DNA of 64,000 bases from Octopus vulgaris (taxonomy: Eukaryota), in NCBI GenBank assembly GCA_951406725.2, contig OX597828.1, positions 60,698,001 through 60,762,000 on the forward strand, given 5' to 3'. Every line of letters begins with the position of its first letter. Within the stretch, counting starts at the first letter, position 1. Made by a program: the position numbers and the translations under genes. Below are positions 13,806 to 25,190 of the stretch, piece after piece. The notes beneath the pieces are model-generated. The model was not told the DNA's origin, searched no databases, and saw nothing but the letters and a program-made list of their open reading frames with translations.

Positions 13806-14369
13806 TACATGCCCATTTAATTTTTTTCATACAGATCAAGAAATGAAGAATAAATTTCATCATGTAGCTATCTGTAGCTACATTAAAAAGTCTCCAAAAC
13901 CATTGAAAACGAATTTAACTCGTTAATTTGTTTAGAAGAAGACCACCAGAGGCAATATGAACCATTACTTGGATTATTTATTCTGACCTCATTTTCCATC
14001 CCGTTAAAATAGCTTTGAAGTCATGCAATATTAAAAATGCATGAAGGTTCTTGTCTTTGGTCCCCTCTTTCTATCTCTCAATACCTACCACTTGGTTGAC
14101 CTTTTGAGCTGTCTAAAAATAAAAGCTCTTTCAAAATTCTTTGTCAGTCAGATCAGTTCTGCGATTCAGGCTACGAAGGACTAAAGTTTTGCTAACGGAA
14201 CAAAATTATGGATTTTATCTTTGATATTTAATGTTCATTGTTACATTGCTGGACTCTTTTGGATTATCTGTTCCATGTAAGTTGGAATTTCTCCTTTTTG
14301 AGCAGGATCTTTCATTGCTTCGTTGATTTATTAGCATTATTTTCTGTTTCATTCAAATTTCTCTCTTAC

Positions 14370-14525
14370 TTTTGACTCAACCCATTTAATTATCCTGCCA
14401 TTGTAGCGGCACCATCATAGGTTTGTGCAATTCATTTGTTTCCACATGTCCACGTTTCAATGCATTTAAAAACATCTTCAGATAACGCATTTGCTGAATG
14501 ATCTGCACTGACATCATTAAAATCG
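14370..14525 (-). mobile_element. hAT (ZMYM1-like) transposase fragment, catalytic region
   Basis: DFNDVSADHSANAL...K*IAQTYDGAATMAG*LNGL. Confidence 0.7.
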
Positions 14526-14545
14526 TTATTTAATACTCACACACG

Positions 14546-14641
<96 letters not shown>

Positions 14642-14689
14642 TGCGCATATTTCTTTTATAAAATCTTTTGAACTTTCGAAATATTAGTC

Positions 14690-15475
14690 TACATGACTGA
14701 AATGCGTGTTACGGAAGAACTTTTGAAAAATATTTCTTCAAAAAAGATTTTGAAAGGAAACAATTAATTATAAATAATAGTAGACCAACGCCGAAATTCC
14801 CTAATTTTCGAAGTTCCAACTAGAAATGTATTCGACAATTGCAAACTAATCTATATGAAAGGAACAAAAGGGTTAACTGGAAGTGCTAAGCTAAATAAGT
14901 TATTCTGTTGGCCATGTTTGTTATTTAGTGTAGAAAAAACTGTTTGAAGTGATAAAGACTACAGCAATTTAAAAAAGTCTGCATATGGTCATGCTGAAAC
15001 ATGAACATTCTCAAAGACATATAAAATCTTTGATAGATCTTAAAACATTTGGGAATGCTAGCATAGACTTGCAATTGAATGCGTATAAAAACAGAGTATA
15101 CAACAGCATAGTGAAAGGTTAAACGAAACAGATCCATTTTGCGGCGTTTGAGCGATGCAGTTATTTTTCTCGGTCACCAGGAATTATCCTTTCAGGGTCA
15201 CTTTGAATTCTAAGAATCCAATAATCGCGGAAATTATAAAGAACTCTCATATTTAATCAGTAAATATGACGAAAAATTGGCAACCCATCTTCATACGGCT
15301 TCTGTTTTCTTAGGTCTCTCAAACAGAATTCAAAATGACTTGATCGATGCAGTTCAATAAGTTATGTTGAATGAAATAGAAAATGAACTGAAGCAGGCAA
15401 AATTCGTAGCTATTCTTGTAGATCTGATGTATCGAGCTATTCAGAACTGTCAACTGTTCTACGTTATGTTACAAA
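14690..15475 (+). mobile_element. hAT (ZMYM1-like, DUF4371-type) transposase fragment, N-terminal part
   Basis: LNKLFCWPCLLF, LSDAVIFLGHQELSFQGH, NNRGNYKEL, SNRIQNDLIDAV, FVAILVD, LSTVLRYV. Confidence 0.8.
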
Positions 15476-15791
15476 AGTTATTTGACATGCAAAAGGTGTT
15501 GTGTTTATTGACTATTTTCAAAAGGGTTACATCAATAAAGTTTATTATGCCAACATGATGTACTGAAACTCTATAGAGTTTATTCCCTGCTTTTATTGTG
15601 GGCGGTCCCACATTCTCATAGCCAATTCCCTATCTTGCGACAACCTTACATGCCAATCTAAAATGTTAAAATTCTACCAGGAATTCAATCCATAGTAGAG
15701 AGGGATCTAAACATACCAGCAAGGCGGGTACTTTTTTCAAAAACAGAAAAAAGAAGTCAAATCCGGGTATATTTTAATTATTTTGTTTTCA

Positions 15792-17309
15792 GTTCCTATC
15801 GAGGCACGGCCCCAAAACCTTGCCACCTCCTCAAAAAAAACAAAAAAAACCCAACTTGAGGGGCATCCTGCACACCAGCCTCTCAGTCCTCAAAAAAAAG
15901 AAAAAAAGAGAGGACATCATCGAGGGGGTTTTATGTGCAGGATCCGATAGGAACGCTCAGGGTCAAATTTGGTGGATGAGCCACTGGAAATGCCTGCAGT
16001 GTAAATGACTCTTTACTACTGCAAGGAACGTTGATATTGGCCCAACGTGATTGGGCAACACACTCGGCCAGGCTTGGAGGCCCCGCTCTTAACCTGCAAG
16101 CCACCAGCTTATACGGCCCCTGGCAACCGTATGTTTTTTACCTTATATTATAATGGATTCAAACTTCGCGGCATTTTCCAAGAGTACGTGGAAGATAATC
16201 AAGAATACACGAGTAAGGAATCAGGCCCTGTAGACCGTATGCCAACATCCTTCCTAGCCAGCCGAAATCCGTACACCATGCCAAACACCCGGCAACAGCC
16301 CGCGAAGGGCTCTATACTGACATTTTACCTGTCAGTGGGTTGGCTCCACTAGTGAGTCCACCCGCGCTATAAATATTGCGGGCCACAACAATGTGGCGTC
16401 TGGAGACATCAATCCAGAGCCACCCAGGGACAGTAGCCTTTACGAGGCGCTAACTTATAGGCGAGATCAGAGGCAGGATGCAAGCACCCCATCCCCACCT
16501 CTTCTTGTCAGCAGCCCAAACCGGCCCATAAGACCAGCCGTTCCGACCTTAACCATCCGAGGGCGCCGCCCCGTGAAATTCTCCTGAGAAATGGGGGGCC
16601 TTCACACAACACCGAAGCCAAGTAATGGCCGATCCGGATGAACAGAAGGCCGACAAGCGCAGCCACGACCAACCAACAGGGCATCATCCCACTCCGTAAA
16701 CGAAAACCTCCACACTGCTTGGTCCCCACCAAATGATTGGCACCGCTATGGGGAAAGGACACTTTTAGTTTGTCCATGGGAGGGTTGGTACCAGCAAAAG
16801 CCAATAATGGCTTGCATTTCCCCCCGCAGACGTAAGCTCTTACACCGCGACAAGGTAGTGTCCCGGTGGGTGAAGCCTGGCAGTGAATCCATCTCCCGGG
16901 TAAAACCCGGCAGATCATAACATACCAGACAAACTTGATGGCGCATCCACCCTCTCGCCTCGCTGCCAATGTTCCGATCGGACACCGCAGGTGTGTATCC
17001 CCCTCTACACCACCCACACCGGTGTTCCTATAGGACACCGCAGGTGCCCTCTACCGACTGGACCTTTTCTGCCCCCAACGAAACTCGGTGGGGTGGGGAC
17101 AAATCGTATCAAATCGGTTCTAGGTGTAAGTTAACCTCAAGTAGATGAGCAGTAGGAACAACACCCTTTGCAAGGTTCGTGGGTCATAACCATCAAGCCC
17201 CACGTAAGAGAATCGGTTCTAGGTGTAAGTTCACCCCAAGTAGATGAGCAGTAGGAACAACACCCTTTGCAAGGTTCGTGGGTCATAACCATCAAGCCCC
17301 ACGCAAGAA
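15792..17309 (-). other. GC-richer, hairpin-dense non-coding island of unknown origin; strand tentative
   Basis: Composition shift, many short inverted repeats, terminal multi-stem junction with a K-turn on minus strand, no recognisable ORF. Confidence 0.5.
17112..17309. repeat. 99-bp tandem duplication
   Basis: AATCGGTTCTAGGTGTAAG...CCCCACG at 17112 and 17211, few mismatches. Confidence 0.95.
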
Positions 17310-17720
17310 AACGCCCAAGAAAACTGACGAAAGGGGTCTTCTTTCGTATGCTCCAGCATACATGTCCTTGGTTTCAATGGCTGTTATGCGTGGCTGTAGC
17401 TTTGAACTAGTTGATCATCGTCCCGATTCTCCTGATTTGGCTGCATCTAACTATCATCTGTTCGCCAACATGAAAAACATAGGGCTGGGAACCCGTATCG
17501 CAGTGATAATGATGTCATATCTGTTGTTGATAACTTTTTGACCAACAAAATGAAACCTTCTTCATCAATGGGATTCAAGCACTGCAGCACCAACTGCAAG
17601 TGGGTTAGGGTTAGGGTTAAGGTTAGGGTTAAGATTAAGGTTAGCCTATGTTGAAAAATAAACCACATTTGATCACATTCCATGAGAGAATTTTGGTCAC
17701 TCTTTTCAATCAACCCTCGT
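17310..17720 (+). mobile_element. mariner transposase C-terminus and right end
   Basis: FELVDHRPDSPDLAASNYHLF (YSPDL-type motif), FFINGIQAL, YVEK*; ends ...AACCCTCG-TA. Confidence 0.85.
17601..17644 (+). repeat. Interstitial telomere-like (TTAGGG)n tract
   Basis: TGGGTTAGGGTTAGGGTTAAGGTTAGGGTTAAGATTAAGGTTAG. Confidence 0.85.
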
Positions 17721-17844
17721 ATTCTTTGTATGACCAACCTCAAAAGTCACCGAACGCCACTGATATATATATATATATATATATATAGGTGCAGGAGTGG
17801 CTATGTGGTAAGTAGTTTGCTTACCTGGTTTCCAGTTACCCATA

Positions 17845-18480
17845 GTGCATTTGGTTTGTCGTTTGTGCGAGTCGGACGTTAATTTTTTTGCTGCTTTGAG
17901 GATAGGGATGATGTACTCAGACCTTAGCGGGTATGAGCTGTCTTCTTCAGAGGAGGAGCTGGTGTGAGCAATAGAGGGCATGGATGAATGTCTGAAGAAA
18001 ATGAAGAGTTTCGCCGAGGCTGCGCAGCTGTCAAGAATGAAGGAGCACGTAAAAATAGTGCAAAAAGTGGGCGGCAACGTGATGTTATCGCCCCAACAAA
18101 GAATCATGGATGGTATAAAAAGAAGAGCAGTCGTATACAAAAGATTACTCGATAAAGAGTAAGAAGGTCGACCAAATAAAAATAACGAAAATAGAAAAGG
18201 TAGTAAAGGCGGAATCCGACGGAGTAATATACATGACAAGAGGATGCCAATATGGGACAATGGTAGTTCAGTTTAGAATAGAGGAGAAGGCAAGGAGGCT
18301 GGCGGGTAAAACAGTAAAGACGGAAGAAATGGTCCTTCTACTCACGTATCTTGGAAGAAGGACTTTCAAGACAAGGGTAGAAGGAATCCCGCCTGATATA
18401 AATGTGGCTGGGTTGCGGCAGCCGTTCTCATTGGAAGTGAAGAAAGAAAAAGTGGCTGTCCTCCAAGCCACGGAAACTGA
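17845..18480 (+). mobile_element. Probable LINE ORF1 (L1/Tx1-like) 5' fragment nested in a family B SINE
   Basis: MKSFAEAAQ...GTMVVQFRIEEKARRL...TYLGRRTFKTRVEGIPPDI; SINE head at 17787-17830 resumes at 18481. Confidence 0.5.
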
Positions 18481-18526
18481 AGCCTCGTGAGTGGATATGG
18501 TAGACGGAAACTGAAAGAAGCCCGTC

Positions 18527-18573
<47 letters not shown>

Positions 18574-18633
18574 GGCAGTGCCCCAGCATGGCCACAGCTC
18601 GTGAGCTGAAACTAGATAAAAAAAATTTATATA

Positions 18634-18685
<52 letters not shown>

Positions 18686-18690
<5 letters not shown>

Positions 18691-18925
18691 GACGGGCTTC
18701 TTTCAGTATGTATGTATATGTTTGCATGTCTGTGTTTGTCCCCCCCTCCATCGCTTGAGAACCCATATTGGTGTGTTTACATCCCCGTAACATACCGGTT
18801 CGGCAAAAGAAACCGATAGAATAAGTACTAGGCTTACAAAGAATAAGTCCTGGGATCAATTTGTTCGACTAAAGGCGGTGCCCCAGCATGGCCGCAGCCA
18901 AATGAAACAAATAAAAGAATAAAGT
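18686..18925 (+). mobile_element. SINE family B, 3' half
   Basis: ACCGATAGAATAAGTACTAGGCTTACAAAGAATAAGTCCTGGG...CAGCATGGCCGCAG matches reverse complement of 6590-6790. Confidence 0.8.
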
Positions 18926-18952
18926 AATAAAAGAATATATATATATGTGTAC

Positions 18953-19025
<73 letters not shown>

Positions 19026-19101
19026 TATATCAGATGAAATAAAATAAAAAAACAGGACACAAAGGATGTCGCGGTACATATACATGCACAACCACCTATA
19101 T

Positions 19102-19149
<48 letters not shown>

Positions 19150-19249
19150 TCACACATATACATATATACATGCATACATACACACACATACACATGCACA
19201 TATACATACACATACATATATACACATGTATGTATATATATACCTACAC

Positions 19250-19640
19250 ATATACATGGACCCGGCAAAGCAGGGGCTGGACCTACATCCGCAGGTATAC
19301 CATTAGGTCTGGTTCCCTGGGGAAGAGGAACCCTGGTGCAGTTAATTGTAAATTCCATAGTCTTTTCAAATGGCTAATAATGTGTGCGCGCGCCACTACT
19401 ACACACATTGGAAAGCATTGTACAACCAAGTACTAAAGAAGATCTTTCCTCCTCCATGAAACAAAGCTGTTCCCGCTGGACGTCAACCCAGTATTTCTAA
19501 GCTACGGACCGAGTGATTTATTGTAAGGTTATCTCCCTAGATAGATTGCCTTCACTACGGAGCCCTTTCTACCCCACTGACACAGGTTGTACTGGTTTAC
19601 AGTTTACCAGTAGTAGGATCCGACACTTCATACATCAGAC
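19250..19640 (-). mobile_element. Inverted 5' segment of an RTE element (5' UTR plus putative ORF start)
   Basis: AAGGCAATCTATCTAGGGAGA resembles RTE 5' UTR motif; ATG-initiated MEFTINCTRVPLPQG...; abuts the RT fragment. Confidence 0.45.
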
Positions 19641-19645
19641 CTGAC

Positions 19646-21427
19646 CTGAACGCCGAGGTCGACTTTATCAATGGCAAAATTAACAAACTATCCAAAGAGC
19701 ACATTAGTAAAAAACACCATCTCGCCTGGAAATCCATCAAAGACCTATCAGGCAAAAATTCTGGGTCATCAATTAGAATTAAAGGGAGATCAGCTAAGAA
19801 GCGTTTAGAAAATTGGTCAACTCATTTTAAAAACCTTCTTGGGAAGAATGCCAAAATCCCTGATAACCCCACTCTTCCAAGTGTGCCTATATCAGACACG
19901 CTAGACATCAACACCTCCCCTTTTACCATATTTGAATTAACAGCAGCCGCCAAGCAACTAAAAGCCTCGAAAGCATTTGGTCCCGACAACATCCCAGCTA
20001 TAATTTGGAAGGATGATAGATTTCACACACTTTTGCTCAACCTTTGCAGCCACACACTTTCCACCTTTGTCGCTCCAAAGATTTGGCACCAATCTCAATA
20101 CATCCCAATACCCCAAAAAGGCGATTTATCCCTCGTCACCAACTACAGGGGTATATCTCTAATGTCAATTGCTGCAAAACTGTACAACAAACTGATTCTA
20201 AATCGCCTTGTCCTTTTTGTTGAACCTTTGCTCCGAAAGAACCAAAATGGATTCAGACATGGGCGCTCAACGCTGAGCCAGATACTATGCTTACGCAGAC
20301 TTATTGAAGAATCAAAAGCATTTAATCGCGATCTTGCAATGATATTTGTAGACTTTTCTAAAGCGTTCGACTCTGTAGATAGGTACAAGATGTTTGAAAT
20401 CCTTAAGCTCTATGGGATACCAGACAAAATCATTTCTGCCATCAAGGTCCTCTACACAGATACGTTTTCAACCATCTTAACCCCTGAAGGAGAAACATCA
20501 TCTTTCTCAATCAAAGCCGGAATATTGCAGGGAGACACACTCGCCCCATTTCTTTTCATCATTGTCGTTGACTATGTTCTACGTATGTCAGTTGATACCA
20601 TCTCTGGCAAGGGCTTTGAAATAAAACCAAGAAGAAGTTCCAGACACCCAGCTGAGTACTTGACAGACACTGACTTTGCTGACGACATTGCTCTTATCAG
20701 TGATTCTCTCTCCAATGCCCAGTCTCTTTTACAATCTCTTGAACAAGCCTCAAATTGTGTAGGTCTTTACCTCAATGAGGCCAAGACTGAATATATGCAC
20801 AAGTGCCTGTCTAACAGTGATTGCATCATCCATACTCTCAACAATGCGCCCTTAAATATGGTTTCTGATTACAAATATCTTGGGTCATACATATCATCAT
20901 CTGGAAAAGATTTTCTATCTAGAAAGGGTATGGCCTGGTCAGCCTGTAAGGACATGCATAAGATCTGGTCATCAAATCTAAGTAGAGACTTCAAACTTGA
21001 AATCTTCAAAGCCACAGTCGAACCAATTCTACTATATGGCTCAGAAACCTGGACGTTATCAAAGAAGCTTGAGAGGCAGTTGGATGGAACCTACACTCGC
21101 CTCCTTATGAGAGCTCAAAATCTCTCGTGGAAGCGTCATCCAACCAAAATGCAAATATATGGGAAACTACCACCTGTGTCATCTCTTGTGAAGGGTAGGA
21201 GAGTCCAGTTTGCTGGACATTGTTGTAGAGCTGAAAACGAGGCAATTTCTCCTCTTCTCCTCTGGAAGCCATCTACTCGCAATACCAGAGGGCGCGAACT
21301 ATCCTACCCTGATGTAATCTCCAGCGATACAGGAATCCAGCAACAGGACCTCCGTAATGCCATGATGGACCGTGAAGTCTGGCGTAGCATGGTAAATTCC
21401 ATTGTCTCGACTACGGTCGAACAATGA
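19646..21427 (+). CDS. RTE-clade LINE reverse transcriptase, 5'-truncated (no endonuclease), uninterrupted frame
   Basis: Frame open from at least 19646; KAFGPDNIP, NYRGISL, QNGFR, FVDFSKAFDSV, GILQGDTLAPFLF, DFADDIAL, YKYLGS, LLYGSETW; stop runs into (TGA)n tail. Confidence 0.93.
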   Translation: MNAEVDFINGKINKLSKEHISKKHHLAWKSIKDLSGKNSGSSIRIKGRSAKKRLENWSTHFKNLLGKNAKIPDNPTLPSVPISDTLDINTSPFTIFELTAAAKQLKASKAFGPDNIPAIIWKDDRFHTLLLNLCSHTLSTFVAPKIWHQSQYIPIPQKGDLSLVTNYRGISLMSIAAKLYNKLILNRLVLFVEPLLRKNQNGFRHGRSTLSQILCLRRLIEESKAFNRDLAMIFVDFSKAFDSVDRYKMFEILKLYGIPDKIISAIKVLYTDTFSTILTPEGETSSFSIKAGILQGDTLAPFLFIIVVDYVLRMSVDTISGKGFEIKPRRSSRHPAEYLTDTDFADDIALISDSLSNAQSLLQSLEQASNCVGLYLNEAKTEYMHKCLSNSDCIIHTLNNAPLNMVSDYKYLGSYISSSGKDFLSRKGMAWSACKDMHKIWSSNLSRDFKLEIFKATVEPILLYGSETWTLSKKLERQLDGTYTRLLMRAQNLSWKRHPTKMQIYGKLPPVSSLVKGRRVQFAGHCCRAENEAISPLLLWKPSTRNTRGRELSYPDVISSDTGIQQQDLRNAMMDREVWRSMVNSIVSTTVEQ

Positions 21428-21774
21428 TGATGATAATATTTATATTTATATATTTTTTTGTGATCCCAACATCATTAACGTTTCCCCCCTTCCCCTCTAT
21501 TCTCCTTTTTCTCTTTTTCTCAACATCAAATCCTCCTTATTTCTTTCCCTTACAAGAGGAATGAACCCAACCGGAATCTACCCAGTATTCACTGAGAAAA
21601 CGGTATGGACGGTTTTTTGGAGTCCAATAATACCCTGTACGCCTATTTGATTATGAAGATTTACAAACATACTTTCTCAGTGATACTCAGTTTACCTACC
21701 ATTATAAATAATACCAAATGTTCTTTCTCAAACCTTTCATAATGTGATACAAGTCTTTGGTGTAGCAATTGCAT

Positions 21775-21866
21775 GCGGCTGAAGAGGGCTTTAAACTATC
21801 TGTTATGTCGATTATACAGTGATGTAAGAATAAGTTGTTTTATAAAGCTCGAAATATGTGTACCGC
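21775..21866 (+). ncRNA. Type I hammerhead ribozyme, canonical core, large loop II
   Basis: GCGG-CTGAAGA-GGGCTTTA-(49 nt)-TAAAGCTC-GAA-ATATGTGT-A-CCGC; cleavage triplet GUA at 21860-21862. Confidence 0.8.
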
Positions 21867-21915
21867 GACATCCTTTCTGTCCTGTTTTTCATTTTATTTC
21901 ATTTGATACATATAT

Positions 21916-21978
<63 letters not shown>

Positions 21979-21981
<3 letters not shown>

Positions 21982-22040
21982 TTTGATACTTTGATAGGTT
22001 TCGGCCATTATTGGCCCAGGCCATGTCTAACTTAATAGCA
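21979..22040 (-). mobile_element. Extreme 3' end of a CR1-like LINE with (ATCAAAGT)n tail
   Basis: CTATTAAGTTAGACATGGCCTGGGCC...GGCCGAAACC resembles 37170-37210; 8-bp tail repeat. Confidence 0.5.
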
Positions 22041-22164
22041 ATATATTGTTATATTTCGGAATGGTCATTTTGCCAGTTTAGCCAATAAAAACACACGCAC
22101 TATATATTTGGTGTTACTTTGCTTCAGTGTTATTTATTTTTTACATTAATCTTAATCTTATTTC

Positions 22165-22209
22165 GGCCAGAGTTCTTTCGTCACACTCCTGTGACCGCAT
22201 CAGTGGTCC
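22165..22209 (-). ncRNA. Minimal hammerhead-like motif in left PLE arm
   Basis: Reverse complement of 25562-25606. Confidence 0.55.
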
Positions 22210-22618
22210 TTTGTTTTCTTCTCACTTATTTGTGTCTCTCCTTACTAACCGTCAGCCATTTTGTATTTCTATTGTATGTCTTCATTTGCGCATGCTTATA
22301 TCTCTATGTGCGTTTATGTTTATTTAGTATGTGTATGTGGGGGATGCCGTAATATTTGTATCTTCTGTTTATATATGTTCATGTAATTTGTAATTTTATA
22401 TGTTCATGTAATTTGTATTTTGTGTTTTTTTTTTTGTTTTTTTTGTTTTTGTTGTTTTTGTTTATTCTTATTTTGTTCATGTGTTTACATCCACCCATTA
22501 TTATCATTACATATGCTTGTATGTATGTATGTATGTATGTATGTATGTATGTATGTATGTATGTATGTATGTATGTATAACAACAATACTAGTAATAATA
22601 ATAATAAATTGAATCGAA

Positions 22619-22703
<85 letters not shown>

Positions 22704-23470
22704 CATATATACATACACATATATACACATATACATAGTTATTTATTTATTTATCTGTGTATTTATTATGTTTTCAGGATCCTCTATCGTCATATGTTGT
22801 GGTGTGTGTTAGTGCTCCATTCTAGTTTTCTATTCAGGCTAGGTTTACTTTCTATTATGTGTGTAGCTTCTGTAATTTGTCTAATTGTTGCATCTGATCT
22901 ATGTGTGGATAATATTTTAATTTCTATGCTACTGATTGATCCCCCGTGTTCTTGTTCGGCGTGTTGGTACAGAACCGATGAGCTTTTACCTTCCTTGAGT
23001 TGTCTCCAATGTTCATTTACCCGCTCTCTTATGCTTCTTGCCGTTTCCCTACGTATGTCGTTGTCTTGTTACTGCATCGTCCCTCTATACATCTTATACT
23101 ATAGACTACATTTCTGGCTTTACAGTTTGTTTGTGGGCTAAATCTACATACAGTACAGTAACTATCTGTACAGGGGGTTCTACTAAAAGGATAGGTTCTA
23201 CCAATTATAGATTTGATAGGGTTGCCTGGCTTTTCAACAACCTTAATTCTTAGCTTAAGTTTGTTTAGGGTCCTTCTAAAGCGATACGCCAGTTCACCTC
23301 CAGGGGTGGTGTCAACGAACATGACACTCTGGTATTTATGGCTATCATACCAAGAGTTGGCCTTCTCTATTTTCTTTTTTGTTCTTTCTATAGTGTTCCA
23401 TGACTTGTTCCTATAGAGTGGGCAAATACCATTCCTATCATTACATAATATATTATCAAATTTCTTAATG

Positions 23471-25022
23471 AGAGCCAGGTGGAATTCTATAATGTCAACA
23501 CAGAAGAACTGGGCCTCCTACTTAGACTGACATGTAATACTGAATACTTAGATAAACATAATCTTAGTAGTTTCTGCCCCAGTAGATGTTTAAGATGTAG
23601 ACCGCCCACAATTACTTCTATGGCTAGGAAGACACATATAGAAAGATGGCGCGGATGGTCCATCAGATAAAGAAAATGATCGCACATGCACTAGGAGCTA
23701 GTATAAGAATTACCCTAAAAGGCCACATGTTTAAGTTTAATAATAAAATATATGCCCAGGACGAGGGGGCAGCCATCGGCGTTAGTATCGCTGGTGATGT
23801 GGCCAACCTTTTCATGGTATGGTGGGACAGAAGGCTTAAAGAACGCCTAACACAGAACTCCATACCCGTAAACATGTACTCTCGCTAAGTTGATGATATC
23901 AACATAGTGGTAAAGGCACCCCCACAAGAGAGTAATGTTGATATAATAATAGAAACTAATACTATGGAGAGCATCCAACAAATAGCTAACTCCATCCATC
24001 AGAGTATTAAGGTCACAATAGACTACCCCACTAAACACCCCAACCATAGACTACCAGTACTAGACACCGAACTCTGGCTAGAAATTGTGAATAATAAAAC
24101 CCAAATCCTTCATTCATACTATGCCAAACCTATGGCCTCAAAATACTTGATCCACCGGAACTCAGCCATTGCGGACAATGCCAAATTCAGTATTTTGATT
24201 GCAGACCTCGTCAGAAAAATGAAAAATGTGTCATGCATGTGCGAGCCCACAGAGTTAAAGAGACACATACAATATTTCATTCACCGCATGCAGTTCTCAG
24301 GTTACAGCCATAAAGAAAGGATCAGAGTATACAAAGGAGCCATTAAGAAATTTGATAATATATTATGTAATGATAGGAATGGTATTTGCCCACTCTATAG
24401 GAACAAGTCATGGAACACTATAGAAAGGACAAAAAAGAAAATAGGGAAGGCCAACTCTTGGTATGATAGCCATAAATACCAGAGTGTCATGTTCGTTGAC
24501 ACCACCCCTGGAGGTGAATTGGCGTATCGCTTTAGAAGGACCCTAGACAAACTTAAGCTAAGAATTAAGGTTGTTGAAAAGCCAGGCAACCCTATCAAAT
24601 CTATAATTGGTAGAACCTATCCTTTTAGTAGAACCCCCTGTACAGATAGGTACTGCACTGTATGTAGATTTAGCCCACAAACAAACTGTAAAGCCAGAAA
24701 TGTAGTCTATAGTATAAGATGTATAGAGGGACGATGCAGTAACAAGACAACGACATACGTAGGGGAAACGGCAAGAAGCATAGGAGTGCGGGTAAATGAA
24801 CATTGGAAACAACTCAAGGAAGGTAAAAGCTCATCGGTTCTGTACCAACACGCCGAACAAGAACACGGGGGATCAATCAGTAGCATAGAAATTAAAATAT
24901 TATCCACACATAGATCAGATGCAACAATTAGACAAATTACAGAAGCTACACACATAATAGAAAATAAACCTAGCCTGAATAGAAAACTAGAATGGAGCAC
25001 TAACACACACCACAACATATGA
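23471..25022 (+). pseudogene. PLE RT plus C-terminal GIY-YIG ORF, disrupted
   Basis: FKFNNKIYAQDEGAAIG, YSR*VDD (TAA at 23886-23888 replaces the Tyr of YVDD), [13 protein letters not shown]...YVGETARSIGVRVNEH, RQITEA...LNR. Confidence 0.9.
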
Positions 25023-25114
25023 CGATAGAGGATCCTGAAAACATAATAAATACACAGATAAATAAATAACTATGTATATGTGTATATATGTGTATGTATA
25101 TATGTATGTATGTA

Positions 25115-25190
<76 letters not shown>

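Noticed and set aside
15879-15925. SECIS element
   Set aside because: AUGA/GA core present, but the upper helix is short, the loop is poly-U without AAR, and there is no upstream UGA-containing ORF; kept as a K-turn
16508-17038. 176-aa ORF in the GC-richer island
   Set aside because: No recognisable domain; expected by chance at higher GC
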